The notes below the pieces were generated by a model. It was not told the origin of the DNA. It made no database searches and saw only the letters and a list, made by a program, of their open reading frames with translations. The position numbers were made by a program, and so were the translations under genes. From Ramazzottius varieornatus (Eukaryota; Animalia; Tardigrada), in contig BDGG01000004.1 in the NCBI GenBank assembly GCA_001949185.1, positions 1,141,620-1,205,619 on the forward strand: 64,000 bases of DNA, given 5' to 3'. Every line of letters starts with the position of its first letter. Positions within the stretch are counted from its first letter, which is position 1. Shown here in pieces: positions 29,244 to 44,300 of the stretch.

Positions 29244-31316
29244 ATGACGTACAACATTGATCGCAACAACACCGACCAGTTCTACCGCTACAAGATGCCG
29301 CGCTTGGTAGCCAAGGTGAGAAAAGCCTCTTGCACATTCTGAGTTCGTACCCTTCTTCACTGACAAGTTCCCATTCTGTTTAGGTCGAGGGCTCCGGCAA
29401 CGGTATCAAGACCGTCATTGCTAACATCACGGATATCGCCAAGTCCTTGGAACGTCCTCCCACCTGTACGTTTTTGCTGATCTTTTGTCGGTAGCTATCT
29501 TTCTTTTTGGGGTATTGTGTCCTCACTAAGTAGTGTCTGTTTGTAGATCCCTTGAAATACTTCGGGTATGAGCTGGGTGCTCAGACGATGATCGACGCGA
29601 AGAACGAACGCTACATCGTCAATGGATCTCACGAAGCTGTTCGCCTGCAAGAAATGCTCGATGGCTTCATCAAGAAGTTCGTCCTCTGCCCCAACTGCAA
29701 TAACCCCGAAACACGCCTGGTGAGCTTTCCCGTTTTTTCTGAGACACGTGCCGACGGGACGTCAATTTTCATTTGTGGTTTCACTCGATAGATCGTCCAA
29801 ACGAAGAAGAACATCATCCGGCAAAAATGCGCCGCCTGTGGTCACGATTGCATGGCCGACATGAAGCACAAGCTGTCATCGTACGTGCTGAAGAACCCTC
29901 CGTTGGAGGTGGGCGAGTACGGTGAGACTGCCAAGTCTGCCAAGAAGGGCGGTAAGAAAGGCAAAGGCAAGGACGAAGCATCAGCCAAGAACGGTACCAA
30001 CGGGAACGGTGCTGCGGACGCCAAGGCTCCCACTTCGCCCACCAATGAGAGTGACGATCCGTTCTCCGTCTCGGCTGACCCTCCGCCACCCACCAACGGT
30101 GATGATGGGGATGACGACTGGGACGACGATGGTGACTGGGAAACGGGCGACCTGACCGAGGAAGCGCGCAAGCAACGCCAACAAGAGCTGACCAGCGGCA
30201 TCAAGAACTTGACACTGGATGACGATCTAGAAAAGACGGAGGATGAACGTCTGGACCTCTTCTATGAATTTGTCAAGGTAGAATAATTTGAGCACGGATC
30301 GAACAAGTGCGGCAGGCAAGGTAGACCTGATCGTTTTCCCAAGTGGCGCACTTTACCAGTTTTGTTGGCTGGACATTTACGCCAGTTGGGAAATCGATTT
30401 GATCGAGATTGTTACTAGCCGCTTGCCTGAAATAACTGTTGATCGAATCAAACGCTTTCTTTGTGTCACAGAAACAACGGGAAGCGAATCTGCTGGACGA
30501 CAAGAAGATCATGGCCGAAGCTGAACGTTTGGAAGTGAAGGAGAAGGCACCGCTCATCTTGGCCAGAGTTCTCTTTGACGCCGACATGGTCAAGCAGATT
30601 GCTCGCTATAAGAACGTCTTCGCTCGGGTAAGTGAAGCAGTTCCAATTTGAAGTTTTCACTAATTAATGTTGTTTCTAACTTCCTGCTGAATTAATATTA
30701 ACGAATTTCTGTTTGTGCAGTTCACGGTGGGAGATCGCAAAGCGCAGAAGTACCTGTTGGGTGGCTTTGAACACCTAGTTGGGGAAGCTTTCGCTCCGCT
30801 TCTGTTGCCCAAGAGCATGAAGATTCTCAAGGAGTTCTACGACCAAGACATCCTCGAGGAAGAAGCCATCTTGGAGTGGTATGATAAGGTGAGATCTGAA
30901 TGTCGAAGCTCCGCTCTGACCGCTCTACCTAATTGTCGTTTCTCCGCGAAAAAAGCCAAATACAAAGGTGTAGAATTGATGGAGGATTTTGCGTTTTGCA
31001 GCCGCGCAAGACTTTCGTAAAGCTATCCATCGCCGAGGATATCCGCAAAAAGGTGGAGCCATTCGCCAAATGGCTGCGAGAGGCCGAGGAAGAATCATCT
31101 GAGGATGAGGAAGATGAAAGTGAAGAGGAAGTTGTCGAGCAAAAGTCGATCAAGAAGGGAGCTGGCGATGCTGGGAAAGCTGGTAAAATGGTCAACGGAA
31201 ACGCTGCAAAGGTGGTTGGTAAGGCGCAAACCAATGGAGGAACCAACGGGAAGGCCGGCGCTGCCACGCCTCCGACGGAAGATGACGCAGAGGAAGTGGA
31301 CATTGACGCTATCTAG
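29244..31316 (+). CDS. eIF5: Eukaryotic translation initiation factor 5
   Basis: DQFYRYKMP (GAP arginine), [13 protein letters not shown], zinc ribbon CPNC..CAAC and W2 domain ([13 protein letters not shown]). Exons: 29244-29315, 29384-29465, 29547-29719, 29792-30277, 30471-30627, 30721-30888, 31002-31316. Confidence 0.96.
30329..30398. repeat. Short intronic hairpin repeat (CAAGTGGCGCA family), copy 1
   Basis: gatcgttttcccaagtggcgca...tacgccagttgggaaatcgat; a related copy lies at 39321-39398. Confidence 0.6.
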
Positions 31317-31811
31317 ATTTCACGCTGATGTAAAATACGGTTTGTGGTATACAGTTCTGGCAAATTCTTTCGCTTCGCGTAGATTCAGGGTTTTGGAAAT
31401 CAGGCACTGTGCGAAATTCTGTGTAATCTTTTACGTTTACTGCAAAAGTGCTCTGCCACATATTATTTGGTTTCGTTGTCTTAATATATGGTGGGAGTTT
31501 AAACGCTGAAAATTTATCCTGGTAGTAGCGGTAGGGAGTTTCATGTGAAAGGCGGGCGGACGAAGCGTCCCATTTCCGTCTCCTTGAATTCTTGAACTCG
31601 ATCTTCCGTTACGCATATCTTGTGCAACGTCGTATCAATATTAACTCCTGCTGTTTGGTAGTTAATAATTCATAGACTTCGAGATGGCACTACTCGTGTA
31701 CCTGCATTCGCGAACCTGACTTTCTGGTCCCACGCTGAGGTACCGTTCTGGTTTAACTCACTGTGTAATAATGGCAAGATCTTGCCCGAAAGGCTCTGAA
31801 AGAATGTCATA

Positions 31812-32069
31812 CAGTCCTACCTGTGAGATGTGACAATTGCTTCTTCTGCATCCGAACAGCGTTTTTGGACGAGACTGCTGGCCATCCACTGCGCAGCACG
31901 ATCAGCTGATCGACGTCCGGTTGTCTTTTGACTTGCTCAAGTAATCAAGCGTGTGTCTGATCAGCTGATCGATCTCATGCGAACAGCATGGCGAGCAAAT
32001 CCGTGCACACATGAACCGTCCGGAACTGATTTCGGGCGTTTGAACTGTCACATCTCACAGGTAGGACTG
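31812..32069. mobile_element. Pogo/Tigger-type palindromic MITE
   Basis: Perfect 24-bp TIR CAGTCCTACCTGTGAGATGTGACA, TA on the left and CA on the right. Two internal GATCAGCTGATC palindromes. Confidence 0.85.
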
Positions 32070-32539
32070 CAGTATGTTACTGCTGGCTGTGTAAATTTTA
32101 CGATACTGCTAAAAATTCAGACACCAGGATAAGAAGATCGAAACCGGACGTGCAGGATCCAGCCAGCTCTTAATATCATGCACAAGTACATTGAACCACA
32201 GCAAGCACAGTAAAATATTCACGGACACTTCGAGGAGACGAATCTTGGTAAAGAACTAAGACGATAAAACCTACGTGCACTCGTTTAGTTTTCCCGTAAG
32301 TTAAGCAAAGTCGCAAAATATATACAATGCAACCATCTGGACCGAGATTCGTCAAAGCTGAATGTGTGTTTCTTTGGTTTGAAACGGATGGGAGAAACCT
32401 GCAAAGAACAAAGCTGAGTCAAACTTCCAGCCTTCGTCCACTCAACTGCTGCGCTCCCGTCGCTCTGAAGATAGGCTAGTTAGGTCACTGCTTACGCTGG
32501 AATGCACAGAACCGGAGAACAGGTTGAAGAACAGACGAA

Positions 32540-33052
32540 CTAGACGTCGACAACCATCTTCTTATGCACATCAGTGTGACCAACTACGGTGCAAAACTCT
32601 TCGAAGGAAATCTTTCCATCTTCGTCTTTGTCTGCATACATGATGGTCTTGTCCACAATTTGTTGCAGCTGAGAATCTTTCAGGTTGTTACCCACCATCA
32701 TCTTTAAGACCTGGAACAGTTCTCCGTTGGCAATGTAGCCATCCCGATCGATATCATAGATGGAGAACGCGAATTTCAGCTTGGATTCTTTGTCGCCCTT
32801 GACGCTAAACTGCGATACGCCCTGGATGAACTCTTTGAAATCCACCTCGCCATTTCCATCCGAGTCGAATATGTCTATGACACGTTGTACCAGAGGATTC
32901 TGTTGCAGTTCGGGCAGTGACATAAACTCGTCGATGCTCAGTGCTCCCGAGTTGTCCAAATCGAGTTTCTTGAAGCGCTTCCCGAGTCGCCTGATCTCAT
33001 CAGCGTCGAACGTGGAGCACATCTCTAGTTGCAGTGAAGCCTCGTTACCCAT
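32540..33052 (-). CDS. CanB: Calcineurin regulatory subunit B (single coding exon)
   Basis: MGNEAS myristoylation start, four EF-hands and the KKMVVDV C-terminus; 170 aa, closely matching metazoan PPP3R1. Confidence 0.98.
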   Translation of the reverse strand: MGNEASLQLEMCSTFDADEIRRLGKRFKKLDLDNSGALSIDEFMSLPELQQNPLVQRVIDIFDSDGNGEVDFKEFIQGVSQFSVKGDKESKLKFAFSIYDIDRDGYIANGELFQVLKMMVGNNLKDSQLQQIVDKTIMYADKDEDGKISFEEFCTVVGHTDVHKKMVVDV

Positions 33053-33381
33053 CTTGAACGGTTTGAGGAAGGTCCACTCGAAATCAGGAAACCTGTGGAG
33101 GAACGAGCAGGGGAAGAGACGGGAAGAGAACGAAGAAAAGCAAAAACTGAGAACAGTTTGCGAAAGGGAAATATGAAATCAAACAAAAACACTGGTGAGC
33201 TGCTGTACTTCGCCGACCGAAATTGATTGGCTTGAATGCTGCTCGACCATTACGATTGATTGATCGTTCGACACTACAGTGAGTTTGCGCCAGGCGAAGT
33301 ACTGCAGCTCGTCAGTGAACAAGAATCGCAAAATGAGTAGCTGCGGCCCATTTCCAGTACATACAGTGTGGGCAATTAAGT

Positions 33382-33548
33382 TACTCTAAAAGGGGGAGGG
33401 CTAAAATCGAGTTTTCGACAAGTGACGTAGAAACTCCGGCTCGAAGTAATCAGCAGATCAAGCGGCAGTTCACGTCTCTGGATTGCAGCTTGATCAGCTG
33501 TTTGCTTTCTGCGTCACGTCGATTTCGGCCTTGCCCCCTCTTAGAATA
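33382..33548. mobile_element. Palindromic fold-back element/MITE upstream of CanB
   Basis: Three nested inverted arm pairs: tactctaaaagggggagggctaaaatcga / tcgatttcggccttgccccctcttagaata; gtgacgtagaaa / tttctgcgtcac; cagcagatcaagc / gcttgatcagctg. Confidence 0.7.
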
Positions 33549-33708
33549 CCTTATTTGCCTACACTGTACTATCATTTTGGCTTCCGAAGTACAGTAACTT
33601 TTTTGACGTGAAGTTGCTGAGAATATCAAGGGGCACCGCTTGGTAAGTCTGCCGTTCCTCGCCGTGGCTCAAAGACTCAAAACACTGTTCACCCTTTTGG
33701 GAAAATAT

Positions 33709-34114
33709 TAGAGCCCTGCAACATGCAGCACGTTCCGCACTGTACTGCACTGCATTTTACTGCAGTGCAGTTGCAGTCGCCGAAATGGTAAGAAAATACA
33801 GTTGCAGTGTACTTGCAGTTTTGACAAAGTGAGCACCGTTCATCCCAGTATACTGTTGTGGGCTAGGAAACAGTAGTAAAATCGGCTTTTTTTCCATTTT
33901 CCGGCCGGATTCTACCGTTTTTCGGTTGGATATCCGTGAAAAAACGACGTGTACGTTGTGTTTGACATGCATTTCCATTGGTGGGCAGAAGCTCTTAATT
34001 TTCAAATGCAACGCAGTACAGTTTGGAAAACAGCACAGAATTGCAGATGCAGTTTCCGAAAACCGGATGCAGTGCAGTAGCAGCACTGGTTTCAGCTACT
34101 GCTGCAGGGCTGTA
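33709..34114. mobile_element. hAT-like MITE with reiterated TGCAGT/ACTGCA motifs
   Basis: TIR TAGAGCCCTGCA / TGCAGGGCTGTA, flanked by near-identical 8-mers gaaaatat and gaagatat. Confidence 0.6.
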
Positions 34115-34196
34115 GAAGATATCCTCGTCAATTTAAGGGGTATCTGCAACACGAAACGTCCCCGTATGGGGGTCTGACCGTAAACGCACGGGGATG

Positions 34197-34774
34197 TGAA
34201 GATGGGATGAGCGCGATTAGGTTCGGTGTGGTATTTTCCGATTCGGTGAACTCTCACACCGAATCGAAAATTCCAGTATGAAGTCCACATCGATATTTTT
34301 GATTTGGTGCAAATTGCTGCACCGAAATTTCGATTCATTACACCAAATCAAACCGAAGAATCGGTAAACTGAAAAATACAAAGTTTCTCTTATCAACGGA
34401 GAAGACCAGGTAAAACTGGCGCAAAACGGGGCGAGCCGCAAGCGTGCAACGCTCGGCGTGTCTTGGGATGTTGGGAGGTTTTTCTCCACCGGATGGCTGT
34501 CTATCAAGCTAGCAGAGATACAATCTGTAACCCGAAAACTTTCTCGGGATCGCTCAGAAATCGGTCAAGCTCTCATCTTTCTGGGCCTTTCGGTATGTTT
34601 CAGTTTACCGAAAACTTTCGATTTGGTATCGGTTTGGTGCGAACGCACATCGAAATCGGTTTTTCGGTGTGAGACTCACATCGATAGTTTCGTTTTGGGG
34701 GATTTCTCATACCAAATCGATAAGTTCGATTTAGTTTCGGTAAATTTCGGTAAATCACATTTATCCCATTTCTA
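34197..34774. mobile_element. hAT-type MITE with reiterated ACCGAA/TTCGGT motifs
   Basis: Imperfect TIR TGAAGATGGGATGA / TTATCCCATTTCTA (TAGAGATG-like) with a perfect 8-bp TSD cggggatg at 34189-34196 and 34775-34782. Confidence 0.8.
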
Positions 34775-34797
34775 CGGGGATGCATCCTGATTCTGTA

Positions 34798-34814
34798 TGA
34801 CGTCATTGACGTCA
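34798..34814. promoter_or_regulatory. Tandem consensus CRE sites TGACGTCA-T-TGACGTCA
   Basis: Two perfect CRE palindromes separated by 1 bp, located between the divergent CanB and RECQL5 genes. Function untested. Confidence 0.4.
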
Positions 34815-35529
34815 AGGTTTTTTCAGCTAAAAATTCGGACCCCTCGAGATTTTCGGATGGCAGCTGCCTGACCACTGGTCAGACGGTCAATTTAGCTTCA
34901 CAACAGCATTCCTCGATGTTTGTTACATCAGACTACGTTGCTAGTTTAGCTTTGCCCCGGGGGTTCCAAAACTGAAAACTCGTTTCCTGAGCAATTTGGT
35001 CGGAGGTCGATTGTACTGGGAATGGGCCGCAGCTACCCAAGTATCGATCAGCTGATCGCGTAATTACCGTTCGGTTTTGCTTAACAGGAGAGCCTGCTTT
35101 CAAGTATCCAGCAACAGAATTCAGCAAGCGGTGCGGTAGTGGGAAGTTGTGTCCTGCACCATGACATCAGTCACATCACCCATATGTGACATGTCACGTA
35201 ACCAGCCGGACAGAATTTATGGCGACGGAAGCTTCTTTCAAATTTCAGCTGTTTCTTCAAGTTCTTTACCTTCTTTTTTATCGTCTCAAGTGCGTTTAGC
35301 TCATCCATGAGCTTTTCGACCCTTGCGCTGAAGGTTGGGGTAGCTCTTTCGCGATGCGGCTAGTGAACACTGAGGGCTGAACTTCATCTTACGGGACCGC
35401 CTTGGGAGGCTGAAGGAACAAGAAAAAACATCTTCGGTGGTTGGCTAACCTCTGACCTACTCCGCTCCAACCGTGCTCGACCGCAGCTCGAATAACGCAA
35501 AACTGAGTGGACAGAAATCTGACGGAAGA

Positions 35530-40736
<5,207 letters not shown>

Positions 40737-41316
40737 TTTTGAGAGGTTTTGTTTTGAATCTCATTCCTGCTCTCTAATGATCGACTAATGTAAAGTCAAT
40801 GGCATTAGTCAACACACGTCGCTTGTGATCTCATTGAGGAACTTTTGTCAAGGTGAGGGGAATGTCGAAGACGTATGGTTTAATGTCAGCAGAGAACCAT
40901 AGCTAGTATGCAATTGGCCGTAGATTGTATTTCATCGCACCTTAATGTAGTTCCTTACTTTCTTACTGCAGAATGTTATTGAATTTTTTACTTTTCAGTT
41001 ATTACCGTGGCTGCAGATAGAGCCGTCGTGTTGTGTGTTTATCGCGGAAGCTGTATTTACAGGTAATCTAGCCAGATCAGTCTTCGTAGGGATTTTGGGT
41101 GCTAGAAAAGAGATTAAGACTGCGAAACAGAAGTGTGTCAGAGCAGGAAAAACGTTCATTCCTTTTTAGCCATCATACATGGCCGAACATGGAATGTGTT
41201 TATGAGGAGAGTTTATTTGATAGAGGCCTACATCGTTTGACTAAATTGCCCAGTTGTGGTCTCCCGTTTCCTTGGTGCGTGTCACACGAATGTTGGTCTG
41301 TAAGTTAGAACTGTGG

Positions 41317-44300
41317 CTAGTGGATCTTGCAGGTTTGACAGCATCGAAGGCGGTAGGCTTTTTGTCGGCACAGCTTGAGCGAGTTGGCGTAACTGCAATA
41401 CTTGAAGTGATCCTTGCATTCGGGTTCTACGAAGCGAAGGAGAATTCTATACAAGTTCACTTCTTACCGAAGAAGGTCATTTAAGTCATGTTAGTTTTCC
41501 ACAGCACATACCAGCAAGACACTCTGCAGTCTTTGGACAGGTCTCTGTCACCGAAGGTCGCTCTATACTACGGCACATATTGCCTGCAGGTCGCGTACTT
41601 CCGAACCAGACACATTTTAGGAGGCGGCTTCTTATTCCCCCGTGTCCGCATGTCGTCGTGCACTGTAGAGAATAAGGCCGTTATTTGACGGCTAAACTGG
41701 ATTATTGTGAGCCAGAGTTTGTTCAAGAGCTTACCTGGGACCAGGGACCCGTAGTCCATACTGCTTTGCATTTGTAGTTTATACAATCTCGCCCATCTCG
41801 AGGACGAGCCAGTCCAGCCGATGTACATTGGTCGTCGGCTATCGAAGAGCCGTTCAAGAAGGCACAAGTTACTTGTCGGCGTTGGACAGCGGTGTCCAAC
41901 CCGAAACACTCTGAATTTTCGCACTAGAAAGACGATACGATACTAGTCGATGAATACGGCCAGTACGAAGTTTCGATAAAGGTCAGCGGAGCAATCTTAC
42001 ATTTTGCCAAGAAGTGGTCCTCCATTGCGGACACTCCACAGAACCGCAAGGCTGCGTTGTCGATGGTGGACGAAGCCCTGCTTCGAGGCAGAAAGTATGT
42101 GGGACCGTTTGCTTCTCCCTTCCGTCCACTCCAGCTTGGCATTCCACTTCTCGCACCTGCAACACAACAGACATCCAACGTCACAGCAGGTAATAGGACA
42201 TGCTGTGATACTATAATGTATGGAGGAGATCCAGGGGAATCTCGCTATGCGTACCTGTAAACCTGACCCTCCGCAACTCTTGGAACACATGGACCAGTTT
42301 CCCGTCAACCAGCCAACTCTGACGGTCAATGGCTCAGGTGAAACGTCCTTCAAGTTAACGTTGAGAATTAACTCAGTGCCACCACCAACTTCATTGCTCG
42401 CCCAGTTTTGGTCAGGGAAGTCGTTTCCGTCCGTCAAAGGCAGGCCAAACAGCTGCAGTATTCTCGCCAATATAGCCTGCCTTCCAGACTGAAAATCCTT
42501 GTCTTCGGCTTCTGTTGGCAGTCTTGTAGTACTAAAGATATCAAAATCTACTCCGGGACCAACCATATTTGGTTGTTCGAGACTGTTCGTCAGTTCGGTG
42601 TATCGACCATACGCCGAATCCGAAACCGCCTCCGTGACCGGAAGGTATTCACTATCGACGACTGAGTTGGACGACAAAGGTGGCAACGTGGTCTTCTGGG
42701 AAACTGTCTGTAAGATCCTTAGAGCGTCGGTTGAGTTAGCATAGAATCGCTGGATGTGGGAGCCGGTATTCGTCATGAAGAGAGGACGACTGGTGTTTCG
42801 GAGAGCCGGTGTCTCGTGGTCGTGGTTATTGGAGGAGTGAGCACGATCGAAGTCGCTGCGTGGCAGCACCGTCAAGTGGATGCTCTCACGGACACGTCCA
42901 GCGATACAGGTATAAGTTCCCGAGTCGCTGTTTCGTAAAGAGCGAATCTTGACTGCTCCCAGGTTGGACATCTTGATGTGAGCTTTCAGGCTTTTGGAGT
43001 AGGACAGGATGCGTCCGTCTTTCAGCCATTTGACCGTTGGCCGTGGCATCCCGGGCGTTACTGTTATCGGACACTTCAGCCGCAGATCTGTACCTTCGTA
43101 CAGCACAGCCGAGCCTCCAACCTGCAAATATCCTTACCAGTTCAATAAATTCGCTTTCGTCTGATTTGGTTTAATGATGAGCTGTACCTTGATTTTGTTG
43201 GCCTTTCCTTTGTTACGCCCAGTTTGTCGATCCAGGCTCAAAGTCACAGGTTGCGCCAGCCCATCCAGAGCTTGTTTCCTGTCCAGCTCCTTCTGCCCAG
43301 CGACAGCGGTACTTGGAGCGCAAGCCACTTTGTTGCTGCAAGATTTAAGAGCACTTAATTTTGGTTTGGAGCAGATCTGGTCGGCCTCGTCCATAGGAAC
43401 GTATCGATCTTGTCCGGAAGCCATCCGTTGGCTACAGACCAGCGTCCGTTGCATGATGCCTTTGCCACAGGTCTTGGAGCAGGCACTCCAGGGACCGGCT
43501 TCCCACTTGGCTGGACAGTCCAGCGGGTTACAGGGAACTTGCGACCGGGGAGGCGGATAAGGACATGAGTCCATTGGCATGGTCAGCACGTCGTTGGCAC
43601 TGCTACCGAACTCTTGCACGCACTGGACCGTTCGTTCTTGTGTCCCACCACCACAGCTCTGGGAGCATGGAGAGAAGTCCGAGATGTTCCAACGCGGCGG
43701 ACAGGGCACCTCGTTACATTTCTGCTTCAACTCGGGAGGCTTTCGACTGTTCTGGCACAGATCCTCGTCCACCTGCGATACAAAAAACAAATAACAATAA
43801 GTAAATAAAACCAACGGGAACTGAGCAAACATGCCCCACAACCATTTTTCCAAGTGACCCAGGTTTTCATTGTTATTGCCTAAAACAGCGCGTCACTTAG
43901 AAAATTAGCTTGTCAAAATTGTCTGTAAGGTCCCAGATAAAAAAAATGTATAATATGGAAATTCAAAAGAAATAGTTTCCCATCTTTCGTACCGGTGACT
44001 GATCATGGTCGCGGAAACACTGTATCATGGCATAGCGATGTCCACCCAAGCAAGACTTGGAACATGGGCTGTATCCCGCGTAGTGCCAAGAGTAAGTCAC
44101 TTCGACCGCCTCCGAAAAAGTGCTGCTGACCTCCGGCTTGGTTCCACGTTCCTCAGGAAGGTTCTCAGAGGTTGCTTCGTTGAAAGAAGTCGCGTTGCAG
44201 GCATGTCGCGTGCAGGGTTCCTTCTCAAGCGGCTTGGTATCCGAACACTCACTGTCCGGCAACTGGACCAGTTTGTTAGAGAACTTGATATATAGCTTAC

